Sequence record: LC788711.1
Direction: 5' to 3' (one strand)
Source: Escherichia coli phage NG_S8
DNA length: 64,000 nucleotides
Part shown: positions 16,856 to 25,644 of the stretch, piece after piece
How the letters are laid out: each line of letters starts with the position of its first letter
Numbering within the stretch: position 1 is the stretch's first letter
Made by a program: the position numbers and the translations under genes
The notes under the pieces: model-generated
Database searches by the model: none
Seen by the model: only the letters and a program-made list of their open reading frames with translations
Told to the model about the DNA's origin: nothing

Positions 16856-17351
16856 ATTTATATTGAATTGAGAGACATTAGTAAAAATTGATTTTGCTAA
16901 TTTTTCTTGTTTACAATCCGCAATACGGAACAGTTAGGCTGCCCCATTAAGGGTTGTTTTAACTATTACTAGTGTTTATACTGCATTAGTTAATTATCAA
17001 TTAAGTGATCTGCGTACCCTGAATTCGGAAAGGTAAATCCAAACCGTGCATATTTAGCTCGTTATATAGGCAGAGCTTTATATGGGGGTGCGAACGAAAA
17101 GAGCAGCGAATGGTGACACGTCCAGTAGCCACCTACCAATAGGATAGTGAGGGCAATCAGAATCGGCTTAGCGGCCAATGACCTAGGTTCTGATCTGGAT
17201 AAGAGTTAAGAGAGCGCAGCACTGAGGTATGATAACTTATTCATACTGCTTGATGGTGATTAATGTTTGTGTAAATGGTAGTAATAGTTGTTCTATTCTT
17301 TTGAATAGTCCTAAAGAAAGATATCCGAATAACCAACATAGGAGTATTGTT

Positions 17352-20141
17352 GTGTTCTCAATCCTACAAGGTCACGCAGGATTTTCCAGAGATAAAGCCA
17401 CTGGCATCTGGAAAGAGATCAAAGTGGAAGATTACACCTTTGCAAAGCGATTCTCTAAAGAGCATCCAGAAGGTAAACCAGCTTCCATGCCCTTCAAATT
17501 TGATGTACTTGAAGAACTTGACCCGCAAAACCTTGCTGAAATGTTACCTATCATGCGTCGTCTTACCAAAGACCCGCATATTGTAGCTATTCGGGGTAAG
17601 TGTCTAGCTCCAAAAGATAATGTGCGTCGTACCAGAGGAAACTTTAACGTATCCAATCCTAGTCATATTATTGCTATGGACGTGGATGGTATTGTAGATA
17701 CTGGTGGCTATGACAAGTTTAATCTTGTTGGCATGGCACGTCATATTATTAAGATGTTGAATAGTATTAGTGAGGATATGTTTCCTCTTGATGCAGGGTT
17801 TATTGCCCATGCATCGTCTTCGGCTGGATTAAAACCAGGTATCCGAATGCACTTAATGCTAGAATCTAATGTCAAGGTAACGCAGGGACAGTTAAAGTTC
17901 TTATTTACATCTATCAATGATAGTAGTAAGCAAAAGTACGGCTTTGATATTGCTGACTTAGCTTATTATTCTTCTGTTCAGCTTCACTATTTCGCAGATC
18001 CCTTATTTGATGATGGTATAGTCGATCCGTTTAAAGCGGAGAATAAACCACGTCTTGTGTATGTTAAGGGTTCGAAGGTGAATCTACCTAATAACCTAGT
18101 TGACTTTGAAACAACTAGAGGTGAGTTTAAAGAAGAATTCTACTCCTTACTTGACCAAATTAAAGGCAAGAAGGCTGCATCTGATAAAGTGGAAGAAACC
18201 ATCAGCGAACTAGAAGAAGCTGAGGATGGGGTGTACCTGCGTATTATTCCAAAACTTTACCACAGAGCGTTAGAAGATGGTGTTGACTTTACATGGTTAG
18301 AACGTGAGATTAAACCAGCTTTATCTGAATATATTGCAACTAAAGATAATAGTCGTAATATTCAAGATTACTTTAATAACGGTCGTAAGCAGGCTCTCAA
18401 AGCCTTTGTAAATAACTCCAAACGTGAGATTCCACCAAACTTAAAAGGTGTACCATTAAAACGTCTAGACACAGATTCTCCACCAGAAGTTCCATACCTG
18501 AAAATTAACATTGTACCACCAAAAGGACATTTAACATTTGTTAAGGCAAGTCTTGGTACGGGTAAAACTACAGCAGTAACTAAGTGGCTAGATGCAGGTG
18601 TTCTTCCAGGAAACTTTATTGCAATCACAAATACTAGGGCACTTGTATCTTCTAACGCGAAGAAATTCGGTGCTGGTCAGTATGATAAGTCAGTTGATAT
18701 GCTGAACTTCAAACGTGGTGCCATTGATCGTATGTCTTCAACTATTCACTCTATCCATAAGTTCAAGAGCTTTGTGGGTCAGATTGATACGATCTTTATT
18801 GATGAATGTGACGCAGTAATGAATGATCTGTTATTCGCTCCGGTTGTTAAAAACCGTCGTGAATGTATTCAGGTTCTTCGTGATATCCTTATTACTGCTA
18901 AAACTGTTATCTTATCCGATGGTGATATCAGTGCAGAAACGATTGAAGCCTATGGTTCTTTGATTGATTTTGATAAACCAGTCGCATTTTATAATCACCA
19001 CCGTAAAATGCTGGCGAAAGCTCATGCTTATGAATTCCCTGATGAATCCAGTATTTGGGTTGCACTTCAAACATCTTTAGAGATGGGGGAGAAATCAATC
19101 CTAGTATCTGACTGTGGCCCGGATGAACTGAATGAGAAGGGAATGGCATTACGTCGTAATACTGGTGCGTTAGTTAAAGAAATTCACTCAAACTCTACGT
19201 CTGATGTAGATATCCGACGTATTCTGGATTATACAACTAATGAGCTAATTGATCAACAGATTGATTGTTTATTATGTAGTCCATCTGTAACGAGTGGTGT
19301 TGACTTTAACTATTTTGATAACGTATTCGTAATCACTAGAACCTCAAACCAAGCGCCAAACATGCGTTTTCAAGCAATCAGGCGCGACCGTGGTGCTCAG
19401 AACATTTATTATTTTATTGATAAATCTACGAGTGGATTTTCTGCGGGTTCCGAGCAATATAATATTGACGAAGGTTGGATTGAGTTAGCCCAACAACTGT
19501 ACGCACGTCGTCGTGAGCTGGAATCTAGAAACTATACTAGTACTTTGCGTTATTATCTGCTTGATCAGGGTGCAACTATCGATATTTTCAGCGAAAGCTG
19601 GGGAACTATCGAAGGTGCAGGCAAAGAGTATACAGAAGAGCGAATCAAAGCTATTTTGCACTCAACTCCTGAATATTGTGCACCACGTCATGCAGATGCC
19701 TATGAAGCCAAGTTACTTCTGGTTCGCTATTATCATCTGGATTCTATTAAAGATGTAACAGTGGAACACGTTGAACAGTATATCAAGGATAAACCAAACG
19801 ATAGAGCTGCATTCTTCCATAAGATGCACGACATGTTCTGGGAAGATATTAAAAAGTGTTCAAACGTAACAATCAAACCGTTTATCGAAGCTCTTAAGAA
19901 TAAGAAGAAGGATTTCTTCCTTAAGACAGGTCAGAGCGCTAACCCAAAATATGCTCGTATGTATCTTGGCATGATGGGTATCGGTAAAGATCTGGATACG
20001 GAAAAGATTGTGGACTGGTACAGAACTTACTGTAAGATCGAATGTATGCCGATTCCAGTTAAGTTTATGACAGATGAAGAACGTCAGATGCATGAGGAAG
20101 CTCTTGCTGAATTGGGGGCTAGAAATGACAGCGAAGAATAA
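17352..20141 (+). CDS. SF2-type helicase, replication-origin-binding-protein-like
   Basis: Walker A SLGTGKTT, Walker B IFIDECDAV, helicase motif SPSVTSGVDFN; probable GTG start at 17352 preceded by TAGGAG; the track ORF extends upstream to 17229. Confidence 0.8.
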   Translation: MFSILQGHAGFSRDKATGIWKEIKVEDYTFAKRFSKEHPEGKPASMPFKFDVLEELDPQNLAEMLPIMRRLTKDPHIVAIRGKCLAPKDNVRRTRGNFNVSNPSHIIAMDVDGIVDTGGYDKFNLVGMARHIIKMLNSISEDMFPLDAGFIAHASSSAGLKPGIRMHLMLESNVKVTQGQLKFLFTSINDSSKQKYGFDIADLAYYSSVQLHYFADPLFDDGIVDPFKAENKPRLVYVKGSKVNLPNNLVDFETTRGEFKEEFYSLLDQIKGKKAASDKVEETISELEEAEDGVYLRIIPKLYHRALEDGVDFTWLEREIKPALSEYIATKDNSRNIQDYFNNGRKQALKAFVNNSKREIPPNLKGVPLKRLDTDSPPEVPYLKINIVPPKGHLTFVKASLGTGKTTAVTKWLDAGVLPGNFIAITNTRALVSSNAKKFGAGQYDKSVDMLNFKRGAIDRMSSTIHSIHKFKSFVGQIDTIFIDECDAVMNDLLFAPVVKNRRECIQVLRDILITAKTVILSDGDISAETIEAYGSLIDFDKPVAFYNHHRKMLAKAHAYEFPDESSIWVALQTSLEMGEKSILVSDCGPDELNEKGMALRRNTGALVKEIHSNSTSDVDIRRILDYTTNELIDQQIDCLLCSPSVTSGVDFNYFDNVFVITRTSNQAPNMRFQAIRRDRGAQNIYYFIDKSTSGFSAGSEQYNIDEGWIELAQQLYARRRELESRNYTSTLRYYLLDQGATIDIFSESWGTIEGAGKEYTEERIKAILHSTPEYCAPRHADAYEAKLLLVRYYHLDSIKDVTVEHVEQYIKDKPNDRAAFFHKMHDMFWEDIKKCSNVTIKPFIEALKNKKKDFFLKTGQSANPKYARMYLGMMGIGKDLDTEKIVDWYRTYCKIECMPIPVKFMTDEERQMHEEALAELGARNDSEE

Positions 20142-20358
20142 AAAGTGGGAAACAAGGAAGTTTTCCGTAAAAGAACGGAAAACTTCTGTTTACGATACTG
20201 CGGAGAAACTATGTAGGGTTGTACCACCTCGTCTCGCTGGCATCCCTAACGTCTCCATATGGTTACTTAAACAACGGAAGACTCGTGTGTCTCTTCGCAT
20301 TGGCTTTGAGTTAGATAAAGTCTATGCTGAACTTGCTTCTTTGCTCAAAGAATCGTAA
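20125..20358 (+). CDS. small basic hypothetical protein
   Basis: ATG at 20125 (MTAKNKKW...), 77 aa, overlaps the helicase stop. Confidence 0.4.
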   Translation: MTAKNKKWETRKFSVKERKTSVYDTAEKLCRVVPPRLAGIPNVSIWLLKQRKTRVSLRIGFELDKVYAELASLLKES

Positions 20359-20366
20359 AAATTTAT

Positions 20367-20395
20367 TTGCTTTTAGGAAAATTTTTCTGTATAAT
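20367..20395 (+). promoter_or_regulatory. strong early promoter, near-identical to T5 PN25 as I recall it
   Basis: TTGCTT-17 bp-TATAAT embedded in AAATTTATTTGCTTTTAGGAAAATTTTTCTGTATAATAGATTCATAAATTTGAGAGAGGAGTTTAAAT-ATG. Confidence 0.8.
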
Positions 20396-20426
20396 AGATT
20401 CATAAATTTGAGAGAGGAGTTTAAAT

Positions 20427-21131
20427 ATGGCTGGTTCTCGTAGAAAGAAACTTATCCATGAAATCCCTGATGAAACCTTTAAAAAGGTTATTGAACATCT
20501 GGAGAATGGTGGTACTAAGAAAGCAGCATGTGAAATGCTCGGTGTTTCTTCTAACCCAACTATGGAACGAATGATCGAAGAATGGAGAGATCGTCAGGTT
20601 CAAGTTGCGGAAATGAAAAAGAAGAAGCGTGGAACACTGATTGAGGGTGTTGAGCTTGCAAACGTAATTGAACAGTATCTTTCTGGTGATTCTTTTGAAG
20701 AAATTGCTGATCGTAACTATCGTTCTGTAGCGATGATTAAATCTGTTCTGGAACGTTATGGTGCTCTGCTTCGTTTAAACGATATTGTTGATCCATTGAA
20801 TCCTCCGTTGATTCCTGATGATGCAATGGCAGAAGAATTTGAAGTTGGTGAACTTGTTTGGGTTCCTGGCTATCAGTGTATTGGTGAAATCAAGAAAGCA
20901 ATGACTAACCCAGTTGGCTGCTACCGTGTTTGGTTGTTATCAGAAGGTAAACAACAGAACGTTCACTATATGCACTACGAATTAGCTTCTGTTAAACATC
21001 TGGAAAAGCTGGGTGTTGATGTTAAGGCTCTGGGCTTTAAGTGGAGTCGTGAAGAAGTTATCACGTTGGTTAATGAAGCTGTTAAAGCTGCCCTGAAACT
21101 AGATAAAGAGAAAGGAAAACGTCGTGAGTAA
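20427..21131 (+). CDS. putative helix-turn-helix DNA-binding protein
   Basis: 234 aa; N-terminal HTH-like segment TKKAACEMLGVSSNPTMERMIEEW; Lys-rich C-terminus. Confidence 0.65.
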   Translation: MAGSRRKKLIHEIPDETFKKVIEHLENGGTKKAACEMLGVSSNPTMERMIEEWRDRQVQVAEMKKKKRGTLIEGVELANVIEQYLSGDSFEEIADRNYRSVAMIKSVLERYGALLRLNDIVDPLNPPLIPDDAMAEEFEVGELVWVPGYQCIGEIKKAMTNPVGCYRVWLLSEGKQQNVHYMHYELASVKHLEKLGVDVKALGFKWSREEVITLVNEAVKAALKLDKEKGKRRE

Positions 21132-21360
21132 ACTAACTGATCTGTTAAAAGCTGGAGACGTAAAATATCTCCAGCGAACTAGTTGGGAAAATAATAAAGA
21201 TTACACAGTAATCCTGAAATTCTTTGTAGATAGCAATACCGTACGCCAGTACGTGTGGATGCCTTTTGATACATCATTATTCCCAAGTGATGAAGTGTGT
21301 GAACTAACCCTAGAAGAAGCCCTGGCCGACGATTGGGAGATCGTTGAACTAGATGTGTAG
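21124..21360 (+). CDS. hypothetical protein
   Basis: 78 aa, start overlaps the previous stop. Confidence 0.5.
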   Translation: MSKLTDLLKAGDVKYLQRTSWENNKDYTVILKFFVDSNTVRQYVWMPFDTSLFPSDEVCELTLEEALADDWEIVELDV

Positions 21361-21380
21361 CAGTTACTGAAAAATTTCAG

Positions 21381-21409
21381 TTGCTTAATCCTGTAATTCT
21401 TGATATAAT
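21381..21409 (+). promoter_or_regulatory. early sigma70 promoter
   Basis: TTGCTT-17 bp-TATAAT. Confidence 0.6.
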
Positions 21410-21467
21410 ATTCTCATAGTTTGAAAGAACTATTCTGTTTAATTCTTAATTAAGGAAATCGAAAAAT

Positions 21468-21878
21468 ATGACTACTCCAACTCAGTGGACTGATGAACTG
21501 TTCGAAAAAATGTCTTCCGACTACGTTGCTCGTATGGAGCAATTCCCAGAAGATGAGCGTCCGGGCGTTAGCATGGAAATTGTTAGCGAAATTGCTCAGG
21601 AAAATGGTGTAACTCCGAACGGTTTCCGTATGAAGCTGACCAAAGCAGGTCTGTATATCAAGAAAGCTGCTGGCTCTACTTCTAAATCAAGCGCATCTAC
21701 TGGAGAAAAAGCTTCTGGTGGTTCTCGTACTTCCAAAGCTCAGGCTCACTCCGATCTTCGCTCCGCATTCTCTGATGCTGGCTTAGCCCCGGACTTCCTG
21801 GACGACGCAATCATCGACAAGCTGACCGGTAAAGCAGCTGCTCATCTGGCAGAAGCTATCCGAGCTATCACTAAGTAA
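21468..21878 (+). CDS. hypothetical protein
   Basis: 136 aa; GGAAATCGAAAAAT-ATG. Confidence 0.55.
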   Translation: MTTPTQWTDELFEKMSSDYVARMEQFPEDERPGVSMEIVSEIAQENGVTPNGFRMKLTKAGLYIKKAAGSTSKSSASTGEKASGGSRTSKAQAHSDLRSAFSDAGLAPDFLDDAIIDKLTGKAAAHLAEAIRAITK

Positions 21879-21914
21879 TTCTTAGATAAATCCACCAACA
21901 CAAGGAATACAGTT

Positions 21915-22211
21915 ATGAATAAAGCTGAAATTATTGCTCAATGCGAAAAATTTGGTGAGTTTTATCTTCATTACGAAAAACTTCGTCAGAAAGGAACCAC
22001 GTACCTTCAGGGTACGATGGAATTTGATCCAGCTCAGGATAAATACCTGGCTGAGCGTATTAAACGTGAGCGCATCCGTAAGCCGAAAGAAGATGAAATC
22101 CTCGTTTTCTCTCGTACTAACGATAGCTTCCGTTTCATTCCTGTTGCGAAAGTTCGCCGTGTGACGAGCCTCCAGTCAGAGTTAGATCGTGCTTCTCCAG
22201 TAGGCCGATAA
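21915..22211 (+). CDS. hypothetical protein
   Basis: 98 aa; followed by the terminator at 22222-22245. Confidence 0.55.
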   Translation: MNKAEIIAQCEKFGEFYLHYEKLRQKGTTYLQGTMEFDPAQDKYLAERIKRERIRKPKEDEILVFSRTNDSFRFIPVAKVRRVTSLQSELDRASPVGR

Positions 22212-22221
22212 GAAACCAATT

Positions 22222-22245
22222 AGCCCCTATATGGGGCTTTTTGTG
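22222..22245 (+). terminator. intrinsic terminator
   Basis: AGCCCC-TATAT-GGGGCT followed by TTTTTGTGTATTT. Confidence 0.7.
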
Positions 22246-22261
22246 TATTTGGGATATGTAA

Positions 22262-22570
22262 ATGAGCGATCAGGTAAATCAAAACTATGAAGGACACGTT
22301 GACGACCAGTCCATCATGCTTTGGGAGAAGGAGGGGGAACAAGTAAGACTAACCGTATCTGAATTTCGTGGGAATCTATACATGGGAATTCGTTACTGGC
22401 TCCAAGATATTACTGGAGAGTGGTTTCCAACGAAATCCGGCTTCTCTTTTCCTTATACCCTAGAAACTACATCACAGCTATTCTACGCTTTTACGCAAAT
22501 CCTCAGTGAATCCGAGGTCTTGCATGAAGTACAGAAACGAGCTGAAGAACTCAAAGCCAAGAATGCCTAG
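22262..22570 (+). CDS. PC4-like single-stranded DNA-binding protein
   Basis: RLTVSEFRGNLYMGIRYW...GEWFPTKSGFSF matches the PC4/Sub1 C-terminal ssDNA-binding fold pattern; a PC4 homolog is described for T5. Confidence 0.65.
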   Translation: MSDQVNQNYEGHVDDQSIMLWEKEGEQVRLTVSEFRGNLYMGIRYWLQDITGEWFPTKSGFSFPYTLETTSQLFYAFTQILSESEVLHEVQKRAEELKAKNA

Positions 22571-22588
22571 TTCTTGGCTTTTTCTTTA
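22555..22588 (+). terminator. intrinsic terminator overlapping the PC4-like stop
   Basis: GCCAAGAA-TGCCTAG-TTCTTGGC then TTTTTCTTT. Confidence 0.7.
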
Positions 22589-22597
22589 TAAATGTAC

Positions 22598-22626
22598 TTG
22601 CTTTCGACTCAGTTTTCATATATAAT
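22598..22626 (+). promoter_or_regulatory. early sigma70 promoter with conserved leader
   Basis: TTGCTT-17 bp-TATAAT then ATTTATATAAATTGATGAGAGGATCAATT-ATG. Confidence 0.7.
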
Positions 22627-22655
22627 ATTTATATAAATTGATGAGAGGATCAATT

Positions 22656-22856
22656 ATGGCAATGACAATAACACTTCCAAAGATTCAAGCAAAACTTAAT
22701 TTGCTCTCCATAGCAAGAATCAATTACCAGGATAGTATCGGCACTCCAAACCAGAAAGCGTACAAAGATGCGTGGTTGAAAGAAGCTGCTGATTTAGCTG
22801 GTATGGCTGCTCAGTATAATAAAGAACTCAAAATGGAAATCGCAGACGATGAATAA
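22656..22856 (+). CDS. small hypothetical protein
   Basis: ATG at 22656 after the GAGAGGA RBS (the track start at 22638 lies inside the leader); 66 aa. Confidence 0.5.
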   Translation: MAMTITLPKIQAKLNLLSIARINYQDSIGTPNQKAYKDAWLKEAADLAGMAAQYNKELKMEIADDE

Positions 22857-23820
22857 TGTAAAAGACTTTATCAAACGTTGTCAAGAAGCGTACTACCAGG
22901 GAATGAGTCTTATTTCCGATGAAGAATATGATCGTCTGATTAAAAGATTCCCACTAGAGGAAGAAATCGGACCGAAAGGTGATATCCCTCATTTGTATCG
23001 TATGTATTCTTTACAGAAAGTCTATTACGATCGTGGTGATAAAGCTCCATTTAACCCATTAGGTCAGGTTGAAACTGATAAGTTAGATGGTTGTGCGATT
23101 TCTCTATTATATATTAATGGTGAATTTGTTCAAGCGTTAACTCGTGGTAACGGTATTCTAGGGAATGATGTAACGCATAATGTTAAAATGCTGAACATTC
23201 CCAAAACTATTTCCCAAAAAGTACCAACTCAAATCACTGGTGAAGTTCTCATTACTAAAGAAGTAGAGAACAAACGTAACTACGCTTCGGGTGCTATTAA
23301 CCTGAAAGATAGTGATGATTTCATGCAACGTATTGGTGAAGGTGGTTTAATCTTCGTTGCATATGGTATCCAGTGTTCAGCGGAAACAGTCGGTATTACA
23401 GAAGCCTATTTAAAAGATATGCTTTGGCTAGAGAATGAGAACTTCTTGACAGTTATTAATGTTCGTTCCTTCTTTAAATGGATTCCGACAGATGGTAAAG
23501 TTGTTCGCATTAACGACAACAATAAATTCTTCCGTGAAGGTTGGACTAATAAATTTCCTCGTGGTGCATTTGCTATTAAAGAGGATGAAGAAGGCGAAAT
23601 TACCACACTTGTTAAAGTTGAATGGCAAGTAGGGGCTTCTGGTAAAGTAACTCCAGTTGGTTATTTCGAACCGGTGATTATTGATGATGCCACAATCGTT
23701 AAAGCAACTCTTAATAACGTTGATTATATTAACGCTCTCGATTTAGAGATCGGTTGCCAGATTCGAGTGATTCGTGCTGGTGGTGTAATCCCTTGTATAG
23801 TAGAGCGAGTATACGACTAA
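22849..23820 (+). CDS. lig: NAD-dependent DNA ligase, N-terminal adenylation/OB part (separate polypeptide)
   Basis: KLDG adenylation lysine motif (TDKLDGCAISLLY), RGNG...DVT; 323 aa; the Zn-finger/HhH/BRCT part is encoded by the next gene. Confidence 0.9.
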   Translation: MNNVKDFIKRCQEAYYQGMSLISDEEYDRLIKRFPLEEEIGPKGDIPHLYRMYSLQKVYYDRGDKAPFNPLGQVETDKLDGCAISLLYINGEFVQALTRGNGILGNDVTHNVKMLNIPKTISQKVPTQITGEVLITKEVENKRNYASGAINLKDSDDFMQRIGEGGLIFVAYGIQCSAETVGITEAYLKDMLWLENENFLTVINVRSFFKWIPTDGKVVRINDNNKFFREGWTNKFPRGAFAIKEDEEGEITTLVKVEWQVGASGKVTPVGYFEPVIIDDATIVKATLNNVDYINALDLEIGCQIRVIRAGGVIPCIVERVYD

Positions 23821-23870
23821 TTCGTAACCCTTTGCTACCCGTTTACCATGTCGGAATTATAAAGTGGTTA

Positions 23871-23899
23871 TTGACATTTTCGCCGCTTAGGTATATACT
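23871..23899 (+). promoter_or_regulatory. sigma70 promoter in the ligase spacer
   Basis: TTGACA-17 bp-TATACT. Confidence 0.6.
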
Positions 23900-23963
23900 A
23901 TTATCATTCAGTTGAGGGATAGAAAGTTATGGCGAGGGTAAGCAAAGTTAGTTAAAATTGTAG

Positions 23964-23992
23964 TTGCTAAATGCTTAAATACTTGCTATAAT
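23964..23992 (+). promoter_or_regulatory. early sigma70 promoter with conserved leader
   Basis: TTGCTA-17 bp-TATAAT then ATTTATATAAATTGATAAGGAAGAAATTTG-ATG. Confidence 0.65.
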
Positions 23993-24022
23993 ATTTATAT
24001 AAATTGATAAGGAAGAAATTTG

Positions 24023-24802
24023 ATGAAAATCGAAATTCCAACACAATGTCCCTCTTGTGGTTCTAAGCTAGATCTTGTCAACGGGCAATTATTCTGTAGG
24101 AATAAGTCCAACTGTCCAGCGCAATCAAGTAAGTTAATCGAGAACTTCTGCACAAAAATGAAGTTAAAGGGCTTTGGCCCGAAAACTATTGAGAAGCTGG
24201 AGCTGACTAAGATCTCAGAACTGTTTTACCTGACCGAAGAAGATTTGGTCGGAGCTGTGGGTAGCAAGGTTGCCGCTAAATTGATTAGCGAGTTAAATAC
24301 TAAGGTTCGCGGAGACATTAACTTTGGTTCAGTTCTCGGTTCTTTAGGAATTCCTCTTATTGGAGAGGTTGCAGCAAAGAAACTGTCCCAAAATTGCACT
24401 AGCTTCCACGATGTGAAGGCTGACGGCAAGGCTGGAGAAAATTACAAAACCTGGCTAAATTCCCCACAAGGCAAGGATGTTATTGAATTACCGTGGAAAT
24501 TCTCAACGGGTATTCGAGGTGCTAAAGCGGATATCATCATTACAGATGATTTAGTTGCCCAGCCAAATGGAATCACGGTCTGTATTACCGGATCTTTGCA
24601 AGATTTTGCAAATCGAACGGATGCAACAAACTATTTAGAAAGTCTAGGATATACGGTTAAGAAGTCCGTTACCAAAGACGTCAAATACCTAATCTGTGAG
24701 GATGAATCAAAACGTTCTTCCTCATCTTATAAGAAAGCCGAAACGAATGGGATAGAAATCCTGTCGATTAAAGAACTATTGGAGAAAAATAATAATGTCT
24801 AA
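24023..24802 (+). CDS. lig: NAD-dependent DNA ligase, C-terminal Zn-finger/HhH/BRCT part (separate polypeptide)
   Basis: Cys4 finger CPSCGS...CRNKSNC, GIPLIGEVAAKKL helix-hairpin-helix, BRCT-like VCITGSL; 259 aa from the ATG at 24023. Confidence 0.85.
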   Translation: MKIEIPTQCPSCGSKLDLVNGQLFCRNKSNCPAQSSKLIENFCTKMKLKGFGPKTIEKLELTKISELFYLTEEDLVGAVGSKVAAKLISELNTKVRGDINFGSVLGSLGIPLIGEVAAKKLSQNCTSFHDVKADGKAGENYKTWLNSPQGKDVIELPWKFSTGIRGAKADIIITDDLVAQPNGITVCITGSLQDFANRTDATNYLESLGYTVKKSVTKDVKYLICEDESKRSSSSYKKAETNGIEILSIKELLEKNNNV

Positions 24803-25562
24803 ACTGAACTGGAACGTAGAAGGTGTAACCGAGTCTCTGAAAGCAAAAGCCACTGCTCTGGGTGTTGCTGTAATCTCTCAAGAACAAGTAGCTGCTATCG
24901 CTGCTGAACTGGCTACCGAGACTGGTAAAGACGTTACCGCTCGCTCTGTTGGCTCTAAGCTGCGTAAAGAAGGTTTCGAAGTACAGAAAGCAAACGAAGT
25001 ACAGAAATCCCCGTGGACTCCTGAGCAGGAAGCTGAACTGGTTGATTTCCTGAACGCTCATGCTGGTCAGTATACTTACGCTGAAATCGCTGCTGCTGTA
25101 GCTGGTGGTCAGTTCGGTGCTAAGCAGGTACAAGGTAAGATCCTGAGTCTGGAAATGACTGCTTCTGTTAAGCCAACCGAAAAAGCTGCTGCTGTTCGTT
25201 CCTTTACTCCTGACGAAGAAACTGATTTCGTTAATCAGGTTGTTGCTGGTGCTACTATTGAAGCTATCGCTGCTCACTTCGGTCGCAATATTAAGCAGAT
25301 CCGTGGTAAAGCTCTGAGTCTGCTTCGTGAAGGTCGTATCGCTGCTATGCCGGTACAGGAAACTTCAAGTGCTAAAACTCGTGAAGATCTGTTAGAAGGT
25401 CTGGATCTGGCTAACATGACTGTTGCTGAGATCGCTGAGAAAACTGGTAAGTCTGAGCGCGGTGTTAAATCTATGCTGTCTCGTCGTGGTCTGGTTGCTA
25501 AGGACTATGATGGTGCCGCTAAGCGTGCTAAACTGGATGCAAAAGCTGCGGCTGCTGAATAA
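24795..25562 (+). CDS. Ala/Lys-rich DNA-binding protein, probably the T5 D5-type early DNA-binding protein
   Basis: 255 aa, internally repetitive HTH-like segments; position upstream of helicase, primase and polymerase matches the T5 D5 locus. Confidence 0.5.
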   Translation: MSKLNWNVEGVTESLKAKATALGVAVISQEQVAAIAAELATETGKDVTARSVGSKLRKEGFEVQKANEVQKSPWTPEQEAELVDFLNAHAGQYTYAEIAAAVAGGQFGAKQVQGKILSLEMTASVKPTEKAAAVRSFTPDEETDFVNQVVAGATIEAIAAHFGRNIKQIRGKALSLLREGRIAAMPVQETSSAKTREDLLEGLDLANMTVAEIAEKTGKSERGVKSMLSRRGLVAKDYDGAAKRAKLDAKAAAAE

Positions 25563-25578
25563 TCTGGTAAATTAAACC

Positions 25579-25613
25579 TAAGGGGAGGGGGCTATGCTCC
25601 TTCCCCTTTTTGC
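25579..25613 (+). terminator. intrinsic terminator
   Basis: GC-rich hairpin AAGGGGAGGGGGCTATGCTCCTTCCCCTT then TTTTGCATTT. Confidence 0.6.
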
Positions 25614-25644
25614 ATTTAGAAGGCACGAAAGCGTGCAAAGGAGA

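Noticed and set aside
17229-17351. N-terminal 41 codons of the track ORF for the 970 aa helicase (MITYSYCLMVINVCVNGSNSCSILL...)
   Set aside because: Atypical Cys/Asn/Ser-rich composition, no spacing for a ribosome-binding site before the ATG at 17229, whereas the GTG at 17352 has TAGGAG 7 nt upstream; treated as non-coding leader.
16736-17351. tRNA gene in the long non-coding region (T5-like phages carry tRNA clusters)
   Set aside because: No GTTCRANYC T-loop box or cloverleaf-compatible stems found by eye here or elsewhere in the window; needs a tRNA-finding program to exclude formally.
22638-24022. Track start codons at 22638 and 24020 (TTG/ATG inside the conserved leader)
   Set aside because: These lie within the promoter leader and its ribosome-binding site; the ATGs at 22656 and 24023 have correct RBS spacing.
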